Shown piece by piece: positions 28,117 through 36,822 of a DNA stretch of 64,000 nucleotides (its first letter is position 1; each line of letters begins with the position of its first letter). A program made the position numbers and the translations under genes. The stretch comes from Actinomycetota bacterium. GTDB taxonomy: Bacteria; Actinomycetota; Acidimicrobiia; Acidimicrobiales; Ilumatobacteraceae. Below the pieces are notes generated by a model. It did no database searches. It was not told the origin of the DNA and worked only from the letters and a program-made list of their open reading frames with translations. The stretch is taken from the NCBI GenBank assembly GCA_041164245.1, contig JBEAPU010000055.1, forward strand, positions 5,114 to 69,113, written 5' to 3'.

Positions 28117-28958
28117 CGGTGACCTCGGTCAGCGCCCCGGGCTCGTCGGCGAACCTCGGGGCCGGGTTCGACGTGCTCGGCCTCGCCGTCGCTCGGAGGG
28201 CCGAGGTCGGAGTGGGGGATCCGCCCGAGCGCGCCCAGCCGGCCCCCGAGACGCACCCGGCGTCGGTCGCCCACCGCGCCGCCGGTGGTGACGGGGAGGT
28301 CTGGGTGCGTTCCGGACTGCCGATGGGGCGCGGCCTCGGGTACAGCGGCGCAGTGCGGGTGGCCGGGGCGATGCTCGCGCTCGTCGCGCGTCACGGGCCG
28401 ACTGCGGCCGACGACCCGGTCAGACGGCGCGAGGTGCTCGACCTGGTGACCGGTCTCGAAGGGCATCCGGACAACGCCGCCGCGTCGGTGCACGGCGGGC
28501 TCGTGATCGCCATGGACGATCGGGTGACCCCGGTCCCGATCAGTCCCGAGCTCGGATTGCTCGTCTGGGTTCCCGAGGCGACGACCTCCACCGACCAGTC
28601 GCGGACGCGTCTCGACCCGATGGTGGAGCGACGGGCGGCCGTGTTCAACATCGGCGCTGCCGCGACCTTCGTCGTGTCGTGCATCGACGGTGATGTCGAG
28701 GGGCTGCGTGCCGGCTGCCGGGACCGACTGCACCAGAGCGTCAGGCTCGGCCTGAGTCCCGATTCGGCGCGGGTGCTGGACGCGTTCGGCGATGCCGGTG
28801 CCGCAGCGTGGTTGTCGGGCAGCGGTCCGACGGTGGCCGCGCTGGTCGCCTCGGCGTCGCTCCCGGACGTCGTCTCGGCACTCGACGGCTCAGTCCTCGC
28901 CGGCGGTCGACTCGACGAGATCGGCATCGATCGCCGAGGGGTCGCGGTCGGCCCCTGA
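28113..28958 (+). CDS. thrB: GHMP kinase, homoserine-kinase-like
   Basis: SAPGSSANLGAGFDVLG, a diverged motif II PMGRGLGYSGA, and EGHPDNAAASVHGG. Its ATG overlaps the trpD stop. Confidence 0.65.
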   Translation: MTVTSVSAPGSSANLGAGFDVLGLAVARRAEVGVGDPPERAQPAPETHPASVAHRAAGGDGEVWVRSGLPMGRGLGYSGAVRVAGAMLALVARHGPTAADDPVRRREVLDLVTGLEGHPDNAAASVHGGLVIAMDDRVTPVPISPELGLLVWVPEATTSTDQSRTRLDPMVERRAAVFNIGAAATFVVSCIDGDVEGLRAGCRDRLHQSVRLGLSPDSARVLDAFGDAGAAAWLSGSGPTVAALVASASLPDVVSALDGSVLAGGRLDEIGIDRRGVAVGP

Positions 28959-30593
28959 CGGGGACGCGCCGAGTCGCTCGACCGTCGGCTCCTCGATCGG
29001 GAAGGTCCACGAGCCCGAACACTCCAGCACCTCGAGATCAGCCCCGGTGGTGCTCCGTCGCTGCAGCGCGCGGGCGATGAGGAGCATCTCGGCGTTCGGG
29101 TCGACCGGGGTGAGAGCGGCCTCGCGCAGCCCGCTCGGGATCGCATCGCGGGTGGCACCGGGCAGGACGAGCTGGCCGTCCTCGATGAGGTGGACCGCCC
29201 GACCGATGCGGAGCCGCACCCGTCCGGCGCCGACGAGTGCCCCGACGAGCCGGCTGCGCAGACTCGCGTCGAGGAGCGTGCGCAGCCGGTCGCGCGTCGA
29301 TGCCGCCTCCTCGAAGCGTTGGGCGGCGGCGAGCACCGTCATGCGCTCCTCGAGGAGGGCGATGACTTCGGACAGGTCGCCCTCGATGACCCGGGCCACG
29401 GCGCGCACGGCATCGTCGTGTCGGGCGCGGTCGCCGGTCCCGGTGCAGGGGCAGGGGGCGACGCCGAGTTGCGCCGGGGTGCACGGCGGTCGGGAGGGAT
29501 CCGGGGTGAACCGGGGTCCGATCCGGGTGGTGCACCGCCGGATGGGGAAGGCGTCGTGCAGGGCGTCGACGACCTCGTCGGCGATGCGTCGTCCGCTGAG
29601 CGGACCGAGGTGGAGACCGGGGGCCTCCGGATCGGAGACCACCGACAGGCGCGGCCACTCCTGGACGGTGTCGAGCCTGACGTGCACCGGTCGTCGTCGT
29701 CGGCGTCCGGCGCGGTTGTAGCGAGGCATCAGCCCGCCGATCAAGCGTTGCTCGAGCACCTCGGCCTCGAACGTGTCGACGGTGGGGACATGGGCCACGC
29801 GGTGGAGGTCCCGCAGCATCGGTCCGACCGTCCGACGCTCGTCACCCCCGAAGTAGCTGCGCACCCGTTGACGCAGGTTCGTGGCCTTGCCCACGTAGGT
29901 GACCTCGCCGATCGCGTCGGTCATGAGGTAGACGCCGGGCGAGCGCGGCAGGTCGGTGGTCAGGTGGAGCTTTCCCGCCTGCGGGTGGCCGGTGAGGCGG
30001 CACACGGCGATGAGGTCGTCGAGGCCCATGACACCCCACCCGGCCGCCCGTTCGATGAGCAGGTGGAGGAGGTCGCAGGTGGCGAGGGCGTCGTCGAGCG
30101 CCCGGTGACTCGGTCGGTGGCTGAGCGAGAAGCGTTCGGCGAGTGTCCCGAGCCGACAGTCGCGCACCTCGGAACGGACGAGCCGGCGCGCGAGGGCGAG
30201 CGTGTCCACGACCGTCGGGCGGTACTCGTCGTGTCCGGCACGGGCGAACGCCGCCCTGACGAAACCGAGGTCGAAGCTCGCGTTGTGGGCGACGAACACC
30301 GAGTCGCCGAGGAAGCGCCGCAGGGGACCGAGCACCTGCTCGATCCGGGGTGCCGGCGCGACGATGGCGTCGGTCAGACCGGTGATGACGCTGATCCGGG
30401 GCGGGATCGCCCGGCCCGGGTTGACCAGCGTCTGGAACGTCCCGAGCACCTCGCCGCCGCGGACCTTGACGGCACCGATCTCGCAGATCAGGTCGTTCGT
30501 CGCGTTGGTGCCGGTGGTCTCGACGTCGAGCACGCAGAACGTCGTCTCGGCCAGCGGGGTGCCTAGCTCGTCCAGACTGCGCTGCAGGTACAC
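28890..30593 (-). CDS. DEDD (DnaQ-like) exonuclease fused to GIY-YIG (UvrC/Cho-like) nuclease
   Basis: N-terminus FCVLDVETTG...VAHNASFDLGF...HRALDDA (Exo I-III). Central section GVYLMTDAIGEVTYVGKATNLRQRVRSYF (GIY-YIG). GTG start at 30593. Confidence 0.85.
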   Translation of the reverse strand: MYLQRSLDELGTPLAETTFCVLDVETTGTNATNDLICEIGAVKVRGGEVLGTFQTLVNPGRAIPPRISVITGLTDAIVAPAPRIEQVLGPLRRFLGDSVFVAHNASFDLGFVRAAFARAGHDEYRPTVVDTLALARRLVRSEVRDCRLGTLAERFSLSHRPSHRALDDALATCDLLHLLIERAAGWGVMGLDDLIAVCRLTGHPQAGKLHLTTDLPRSPGVYLMTDAIGEVTYVGKATNLRQRVRSYFGGDERRTVGPMLRDLHRVAHVPTVDTFEAEVLEQRLIGGLMPRYNRAGRRRRRPVHVRLDTVQEWPRLSVVSDPEAPGLHLGPLSGRRIADEVVDALHDAFPIRRCTTRIGPRFTPDPSRPPCTPAQLGVAPCPCTGTGDRARHDDAVRAVARVIEGDLSEVIALLEERMTVLAAAQRFEEAASTRDRLRTLLDASLRSRLVGALVGAGRVRLRIGRAVHLIEDGQLVLPGATRDAIPSGLREAALTPVDPNAEMLLIARALQRRSTTGADLEVLECSGSWTFPIEEPTVERLGASPSGADRDPSAIDADLVESTAGED

Positions 30594-30606
30594 GCCCCAA
30601 GTCGAT

Positions 30607-30628
30607 CACGAACACCTGTTCGTGTCAA
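30607..30628 (-). promoter_or_regulatory. SOS (LexA) box-like palindrome CACGAAC-N4-GTTCGTG abutting a TTGACA -35 hexamer
   Basis: The minus strand reads TTGACAcGAACaggtGTTCgtgatcgacttggggcGTG. It is a perfect 7+7 inverted repeat at 30607..30624. The -35 hexamer is at 30623..30628. Confidence 0.6.
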
Positions 30629-30661
30629 GCACCCGGGAGTCCGAGCGGTCCCGGTACCATC

Positions 30662-31912
30662 GTGGCCATGGCGACGGAGCCGACCGACCGCTCGGACCCG
30701 CTCCCGGGGCCGGTGTCCGATTCCTTCGTCCGGCCCGCGCTCGAGCACGTCGTCGAGTTCCTCCGGCGGGCCCGCCTGACCCAGCCGCGGCTGCGCTACC
30801 CGTCGCAGCTCCGGCGCCATCTTCGGCCCGGGCGCCTCGGTGCCGCCGATCTGCGACAGATCCGTCGCCTCGTCGATGCCGATGTCGAGTTCCGCGCCGC
30901 GGTGGCCGCCGAGCTCGATGACGCGGCCGACCCGGTGGTCACCCTCTGGCTGCGCCGACCAGAGGGCTGGGAGTCCGAGCTGGCGCGCCTCGAGGCCGAG
31001 TCGACCCGCCGGCGCGCCGCGGCGGCGGAGGGACGGGAGGCGCTCGCCGAACGGCGCCGGCGGGAGGCGGCCGAGCAGCGCGCCGAACGGGCCCAGGCCG
31101 AGGTGGCCCGGCTCGTCGACGATCTCGACTCGCTGCGGGGCGAACTCGAGGCGCAGCGGGCACGGGTGGACGAGCTCGAAGCGGAGGTGGTCGGGATCCG
31201 CGCCGAACGCGACGCGGCCAAGGTCCTGGCCCGCAACGAAGCCGATCGGCTGGCGGCGACCCGCGAGCGTCTGGAACGAGCCGAGGGCGAGCTCGCCGAC
31301 GCCCGGGCCGAGACCCGCGGGGCGTCGGCCGTCCGCGATGCGGCCCTCGCCGACCGGGCCCGGACGCTGGCCGAGGTCGGTGACCTGATCGAGGCCGCCG
31401 ACACGGCGCGCCGGCTCGCCGATCGCCTGGCGGAACTCCTCCCCGACACGGAGCCGGCTGCCGAGGCCCGGACGCCGCTCCCGACCCCCGGTCGGCTCGC
31501 CGGTGACCCCGTCGGCCTCGCCCGGCACCTCGTCCGCTCGGGTGCGACGGTCCTCATCGACGGCTACAACGTCTCCAAGGCGTGGTGCGGAGACCTCGAT
31601 CTCGAGGCGCAGCGTCGCCGACTGGTCGATGCCTGCGAGGGGCTGGCGGCGCGCCACGGGGCGGACATCTCCGTGATCTTCGACGGGGCGGACGTGGCCG
31701 GTGCGCACTCCTCGGGCCGCCGGGTGGTCCGGGTCGCCTTCTCCGAGCCGGGCGTCACCGCCGACGATGTCCTGCGGGCCGAGGTCCGTCGTCTTCCTCC
31801 GACCCGACCGGTCGTCGTCGTGACCGACGACAACGCCGTGCGTCGCGACGTACGTGCCGCCGGAGCCAATCTCGTGCACAGCCCCGACTTCATCGCCCTG
31901 CTCCAGGCCTGA
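30662..31912 (+). CDS. coiled-coil protein with C-terminal NYN (YacP/PIN-like) domain
   Basis: R/E/A-rich coiled-coil middle section. C-terminus VLIDGYNV...VIFDG...VVVVTDDNAVRRD. The start could be GTG 30662 or ATG 30668. Confidence 0.7.
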   Translation: MAMATEPTDRSDPLPGPVSDSFVRPALEHVVEFLRRARLTQPRLRYPSQLRRHLRPGRLGAADLRQIRRLVDADVEFRAAVAAELDDAADPVVTLWLRRPEGWESELARLEAESTRRRAAAAEGREALAERRRREAAEQRAERAQAEVARLVDDLDSLRGELEAQRARVDELEAEVVGIRAERDAAKVLARNEADRLAATRERLERAEGELADARAETRGASAVRDAALADRARTLAEVGDLIEAADTARRLADRLAELLPDTEPAAEARTPLPTPGRLAGDPVGLARHLVRSGATVLIDGYNVSKAWCGDLDLEAQRRRLVDACEGLAARHGADISVIFDGADVAGAHSSGRRVVRVAFSEPGVTADDVLRAEVRRLPPTRPVVVVTDDNAVRRDVRAAGANLVHSPDFIALLQA

Positions 31913-31915
31913 ACG

Positions 31916-33025
31916 ATGCGTCGATCCGAACCGCCGCCCGATGTCGACGAGATCCGCGGGATCCTCGCGCCGTACGGCATCAGCCATGTCGGGGTGGCGG
32001 CAGCCGAACCGATGGAGCGGGCGCGACGCGAACTGCTCCGCCGACGCGACCTCGGGCTCAGCGACTCGATGGGATTCACCTACCGTGATCCCGTCCGGTC
32101 GACCGACCCGGGACGGGCGGTGCCCGGGGCTCGATCCGTGATCGTCGCCGCCCGGCCCTACCTGACCTCCACCCCACCGTCCGGCACCTCCGAGCCTCCG
32201 TCGGAGCCCGATGTCGCGCCGCGGGCGAGCGTCGCTCGCTACGCCCGGTCCGATCACTACGGCCCGCTGCGGGACGGACTGCGCGAGGCGGCCCAGCGCA
32301 TCCGTCGGAGTGGCCATCGGGCGGTCGCCTTCGCCGACGACAACTCGCTGGTCGACCGGGAGATCGCCCATCGGGGCGGGCTCGGTTGGTTCGGGAAGAA
32401 CGCCAACCTCCTGCTCCCCGGGGCCGGGAGCTTCTTCGTGCTCGGGAGCATCGTCACCACCCTCGACCTGCCGTCGGCATCGCCGGTGCCCGACGGGTGC
32501 GGCACCTGCCGGCGGTGCATCGATGCCTGCCCGACCGGTGCGATCGTCGACGACGGCGTCATCGACGCCCGGCGGTGTCTCGCCTGGCTCGTGCAGCGCC
32601 CCGGGTCGTTCCCCGAGGAGTTCAGGGTCGCGCTCGGCGATCGGATCTACGGCTGCGACGACTGCCAGGACGCCTGTCCGCCGACGGTCCGGCTCGGCCA
32701 CCGACACACGGTGGCTCCGGACCCGGACGAGGTGGCCAGCGTCGACCCGGTGTGGGTTCTCGAGGCCGACGATGCCGACCTCCTCGAGCGGCTCGGGCGG
32801 TGGTACCTCGCCGGGCGCGACACGAGGTGGCTCCGCCGCAACGCGTTGATCGTCATCGGGAACACGGCGTCGCCCGCCGATGTCCGGTGTGCAGCCGTGC
32901 TCGAGCGGTACGCCGACGGGCCCGACGAACTGCTCGCCGAGCACGCCGACTGGGCACGGCGGCGCGTCGCCGAGCGTCACCGACCGGTGGCGGTCGACGC
33001 ACCAGGTCGTCGGGGGGAGCGATGA
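31916..33025 (+). CDS. queG: tRNA epoxyqueuosine(34) reductase
   Basis: CGTCRRCIDACPTGAI and CDDCQDACPP 4Fe-4S motifs, plus an HEAT-like C-terminus. Confidence 0.85.
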   Translation: MRRSEPPPDVDEIRGILAPYGISHVGVAAAEPMERARRELLRRRDLGLSDSMGFTYRDPVRSTDPGRAVPGARSVIVAARPYLTSTPPSGTSEPPSEPDVAPRASVARYARSDHYGPLRDGLREAAQRIRRSGHRAVAFADDNSLVDREIAHRGGLGWFGKNANLLLPGAGSFFVLGSIVTTLDLPSASPVPDGCGTCRRCIDACPTGAIVDDGVIDARRCLAWLVQRPGSFPEEFRVALGDRIYGCDDCQDACPPTVRLGHRHTVAPDPDEVASVDPVWVLEADDADLLERLGRWYLAGRDTRWLRRNALIVIGNTASPADVRCAAVLERYADGPDELLAEHADWARRRVAERHRPVAVDAPGRRGER

Positions 33026-34161
33026 GCACCTCCGGGCGACACCTGCTGGTCACCAACGACTTCCCACCCAAGATCGGGGGCATCCAGTCCGTCCTGTGGG
33101 AGTCGTGGCGCCGGCTCGACCCGTCGTCGTTCGCCGTCATGACCAGTCCCCACCCCGACGCCGCGGCCTTCGACCGCGAGCAGCCCTTCCGCGTCGAGCG
33201 GGTGCCGGAGTTCGCGCTGCTGCCCCACCCGGTCATGGTGCGTCGGATCCGTCGACTCGCCGAGGAGTTCGGAGCCGATCGCGTCGTCCTCGACCCGGTG
33301 TTCCCGCTCGGCCTCGTCGGACCGCGACTCGGGCTGCCCTACGACGTGGTCGTCCATGGTGCCGAACTGACGATCCCGGGTCGGCTGCCCGGGACCTCGT
33401 CGATGATCCGCCCCGTCCTCACCGGTGCCCGACGGATCATCGCCTTCGGGAGCTACCCGGCGGCCGTCAGTCGTGCCGTGGCCCGTCGCGACCTCGACGT
33501 GGCCGTCATCGACCCGGGAGTCGACGTCGACCGTTTCCGCCCGCTCGACCCGGACCGGCGGGCCGAGGTCCGGCGACGGCTGGGCGCCGGACCCGACACC
33601 CGACTGGTGCTCGGCATCTCCCGTCTCGTCCGCCGGAAGGGCTTCGACACGGCGATCGCCGCCGTCGCCCGGCTCGCGCCCGACTTCCCGGAACTCGAGA
33701 TGGTGATCGCCGGCCGCGGTCGTGACGAGGAGCGCCTGCGGCGCTTGGCCGAGGAGTCCTCCGCACCCGTGCGGTTCCTCGGTCGGGTGGCCGACGCCGA
33801 TCTCGCCGACCTCTACGCCGCCGCCGACCTCCAGGTGATGCTGTGCCGCGATCGGTGGTGGGGTCTCGAACAGGAGGGGTTCGGCATCGTGTTCGTCGAG
33901 GCTGCGGCAGCGGGCACACCGCAACTCGCGGGGCGCAGCGGTGGCTCGGCCGACGCGGTCGACCACGGCGTCACCGGTGTGGTCATCGATCGCCCCGACT
34001 CGGTCGAGGACGTGGTGGCGGCCATGGCCGACCTGCTCCGCCGACCGGACCGACTCGCGACGATGTCGCAGGCCTCCCGGCAGCGGGCCGAGACCACCTT
34101 CGCCTACGGGCCCCTGGCCGACCGACTCTCCGCTGCGCTCGGTGACGGCCCCGTGATCTGA
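33022..34161 (+). CDS. glycosyltransferase family 4 (PimB-like mannosyltransferase)
   Basis: LLVTNDFPPKIGGIQS N-terminus and EQEGFGIVFVEAAAAG (EX7E). ATG 33022 overlaps the queG stop. Confidence 0.8.
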   Translation: MSTSGRHLLVTNDFPPKIGGIQSVLWESWRRLDPSSFAVMTSPHPDAAAFDREQPFRVERVPEFALLPHPVMVRRIRRLAEEFGADRVVLDPVFPLGLVGPRLGLPYDVVVHGAELTIPGRLPGTSSMIRPVLTGARRIIAFGSYPAAVSRAVARRDLDVAVIDPGVDVDRFRPLDPDRRAEVRRRLGAGPDTRLVLGISRLVRRKGFDTAIAAVARLAPDFPELEMVIAGRGRDEERLRRLAEESSAPVRFLGRVADADLADLYAAADLQVMLCRDRWWGLEQEGFGIVFVEAAAAGTPQLAGRSGGSADAVDHGVTGVVIDRPDSVEDVVAAMADLLRRPDRLATMSQASRQRAETTFAYGPLADRLSAALGDGPVI

Positions 34162-34204
34162 CGGACCCGACCCGAAGGCGCCGCGACGCCGGCATCATGG
34201 GGGC

Positions 34205-34729
34205 GTGGGTTCCACCATCGAGACCGAGGCATCCGACCCGGACCCGGGGGCGTTCTCCGACGCGATCGTCCGCATCGACATCGCTCTGACGGCGGTGTTC
34301 GTCGTCACGGCGGCGTACGCCGCGACCGTGTTCGACACGACCGCGCAGTGGGTCGGGGCCGTCACGGCGATGGTGCTCTTCGCCGTCGGGGTGGCGGCGT
34401 TCCTGTGGGGGTTCTGGAACGCCGTGCAGCGCTCCCGGACCGAGGAGATCGCCGTCACCCAGGTGTTCCTCCTGGCGGGGAGCCCCGTCCCGGCCCCCGT
34501 CCGACGGGCGATGAACTCGGTGTTGGTCGTGCAGGTGGTCACGGCGACCATCACGACCCTCGCCCGCCCGAACGGTCCGGACGGCAATCCGGGCTCGTCC
34601 CTGGCCGTCGGCTTCCTCGTCCCGATGCTCGGCCTCGGACTGAACGGGCTGTGGGCGGCCTTCCATGGTCGCTTCCCGGCGCGGCGCGACCTCGTCGATG
34701 GGCCGGCGGGCGCGACCGACGAGGGGTGA
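34205..34729 (+). CDS. hypothetical integral membrane protein
   Basis: 174 aa with four hydrophobic segments and no recognisable motif. Confidence 0.55.
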   Translation: MGSTIETEASDPDPGAFSDAIVRIDIALTAVFVVTAAYAATVFDTTAQWVGAVTAMVLFAVGVAAFLWGFWNAVQRSRTEEIAVTQVFLLAGSPVPAPVRRAMNSVLVVQVVTATITTLARPNGPDGNPGSSLAVGFLVPMLGLGLNGLWAAFHGRFPARRDLVDGPAGATDEG

Positions 34730-34770
34730 GCGTCACCCGGACGCGAGTCCCGATCGGCCACAATGGGGCC

Positions 34771-35205
34771 ATGGCAGACCGCGCCTCGGAGACCATCACC
34801 ATCGCGGCCCCGCTCGATCGGGTGTGGGCGATCGCGTCCGACATCGAGCGCTATCCCGACTGGGCGCACGACGTCACGTCGGTGAGCGTGCGCGACCGCG
34901 ACGCCGACGGTCGACCGGTCGAGGTCGAGTTCCGGGCATCGGCCCTCGGCCGCAGCACCCACTACGTGCTGGCGTACGACTACTCCTCGGCACCGGACCG
35001 ACTCGCATGGACGATGGTGTCGGGGGACATCCAGCGCTCGATCGACGGCGCCTACGTGCTGACGCGGATCGACGACGCGCACACCGAGGTGCGCTACGAG
35101 CTCGCCATCGAGCTCGCCGTGCCGCTTCCCGGCTTCGTCAAGCGTCGGGCGGAGCGCCGGATCCTGAACGCGGTGCGCGAGCTCAAGATCGTCGCCGAGG
35201 CCTGA
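34771..35205 (+). CDS. SRPBCC (START/polyketide cyclase-like) family protein
   Basis: ITIAAPLDRVWAIASDIERYPDWAHDV is a typical SRPBCC N-terminus. About 144 aa. Confidence 0.7.
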   Translation: MADRASETITIAAPLDRVWAIASDIERYPDWAHDVTSVSVRDRDADGRPVEVEFRASALGRSTHYVLAYDYSSAPDRLAWTMVSGDIQRSIDGAYVLTRIDDAHTEVRYELAIELAVPLPGFVKRRAERRILNAVRELKIVAEA

Positions 35206-35234
35206 GTCCGACCGTCCGGTCGGGGTGCGCGTCG

Positions 35235-36197
35235 ATGGCCGACCTGCGACTCGGGATCGACGTCGGCGGGACGAAGTCGCTCGTCGTCACCGTCGCCGAC
35301 CCCGGTTCGCCCGAACCCGACACCGTGCGACGGTCCTCCCATCGCGTGGCGACGCCGCGGGGGACCACCGACCAGTCGGTCCTCGTCGAGCACCTGATCC
35401 GCCTCGTGTCCGACGAGATCGAGGCGGCGGCACGGCACGATGACCGCATCGTCTCGGTCGGGGTCGGGATGCCCGGTCTCGTCACCCGCCAGGGAGTGCT
35501 CAGGGCGGCACCGAACCTCGACGGGGTCGGGGACCTCGATGTGGCCGGTGGCCTGCGGGCGCGGGTCGACCTGCCGGTCGCCGTCGAGAACGACGCGACC
35601 TGTGCCGCCCTCGCCGAGTGGCTCCTCGGTGCCGCGACCGGACTCGACGATGTCGTGGTGGTCTCGCTCGGCACCGGCATCGGTGGGGGTGTGGTGGCCG
35701 GTGGTGCCCTGCAGCGGGGCTCGCAGGGCTTCGCCGGCGAGGTCGGGCACATGATCGTCGACCCGGCCGGTCGGGAGTGTCCGTGCGGGCGGCGTGGGTG
35801 CTGGGAGCGGTATGCCTCAGGGGCCGCCCTGCCGGAGCTGTGGCGCAGTCGTCCGGATCGGGAGACGTCGTCGCTGGCGGGGAGCACCGAGATGCTGACG
35901 GGGGCGAGGATCGAGGCGGCGGCGCGCGCCGGCGACCCGGTTGCCCTCGCCGTCTTCGACGACTTCGCCGACTGGCTGGCCGTCGGTCTCGCCAGCCTGA
36001 CGAACATCCTCGACCCGGTGCGCATCGTGCTCGGTGGAGGGGTGTCGGAGGTCCACGACCTCTTCATCGACCGCGCCCGTCGCCGTTTGGGCGAGTTGGT
36101 GTACCGGCCGGAGCGTCGGCGCCTGCCCGACCTCGTGATCGCCGCGTTCGGGGACCATGCCGCCGCCGTCGGGGCGGCACTCGCCGGCGCGCCCTGA
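35235..36197 (+). CDS. ROK-family glucokinase
   Basis: LGIDVGGTKS, GTGIGGG, and the ROK zinc motif CPCGRRGCWERYASG. Confidence 0.85.
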   Translation: MADLRLGIDVGGTKSLVVTVADPGSPEPDTVRRSSHRVATPRGTTDQSVLVEHLIRLVSDEIEAAARHDDRIVSVGVGMPGLVTRQGVLRAAPNLDGVGDLDVAGGLRARVDLPVAVENDATCAALAEWLLGAATGLDDVVVVSLGTGIGGGVVAGGALQRGSQGFAGEVGHMIVDPAGRECPCGRRGCWERYASGAALPELWRSRPDRETSSLAGSTEMLTGARIEAAARAGDPVALAVFDDFADWLAVGLASLTNILDPVRIVLGGGVSEVHDLFIDRARRRLGELVYRPERRRLPDLVIAAFGDHAAAVGAALAGAP

Positions 36198-36223
36198 GGG
36201 GTCCCGGCGATGACCCGGACCGG

Positions 36224-36745
36224 TCAATGGCCGGGGTACGCGGCGCGGGCGGCGCGGATCTCCGCCCAGGCCTGCTCGGCCCCACCGAGGCCGGTGGTCG
36301 AGGAGTGCTTGTTCGGTTCGAGTGCCTTGTAGACCTCGAAGAAGTGCTGGATCTCGGCCATCAAGCCGTCGGGGAGGTCCCCGATGTCGTGGACGCTCAC
36401 CCAGCGCGGCTCGCGGTTCGGGACGCAGATCAACTTGGCGTCCTCACCGGCCTCGTCCCGCATGTACATCACACCGACCGGCCTCGCCTCGACCCAGACT
36501 CCCGGGAACACCGGGTCCTCGAGGAGGACGAGGGCGTCGAGGGGGTCGCCGTCCCCGGCGAGGGTGTCGGGGACGAAGCCGTAGTCCGCCGGATAGGTCG
36601 TGGCGGTGAACAGCCGGCGGTCGAGCATGACCCGGCCGGTGACGTGATCGATCTCGTACTTGTTGCGGCTCCCGCGCGGGATCTCGACGATCACGTGGAT
36701 CGTCGGGCTGTCGGCGTCGGTCGATGCGTCTCGGGCGGTGGCCAT
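36224..36745 (-). CDS. ppa: inorganic pyrophosphatase
   Basis: VIVEIPRGSRNKYE and DGDPLDALVL motifs. Confidence 0.95.
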   Translation of the reverse strand: MATARDASTDADSPTIHVIVEIPRGSRNKYEIDHVTGRVMLDRRLFTATTYPADYGFVPDTLAGDGDPLDALVLLEDPVFPGVWVEARPVGVMYMRDEAGEDAKLICVPNREPRWVSVHDIGDLPDGLMAEIQHFFEVYKALEPNKHSSTTGLGGAEQAWAEIRAARAAYPGH

Positions 36746-36822
36746 CGGCGCATCATCGCGCGCCGGCCCGTTGACGACCGGCTCCCGGCGGGCCGGGTCG
36801 ACGACCGGTAGCGTCAGCCGCC

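Noticed and set aside
26283-28733. 816-aa minus-strand ORF
   Set aside because: It is antisense to whiB, trpD and thrB, all of which have strong family motifs. Its composition is dominated by R/P/A/S/T with no motif.
30563-32980. 805-aa minus-strand ORF
   Set aside because: It is antisense to the NYN-domain gene and queG. It is G/R/P/E-rich low-complexity sequence with no motif.
36773-36808. Direct repeat gacgaccgg (36773 and 36800) with TTGACG as a promoter for the aminotransferase gene
   Set aside because: TTGACG lies 32 nt from the only TANNNT hexamer, which is too far for a sigma-70-type promoter. A 9-mer GC-rich repeat is weak evidence on its own.
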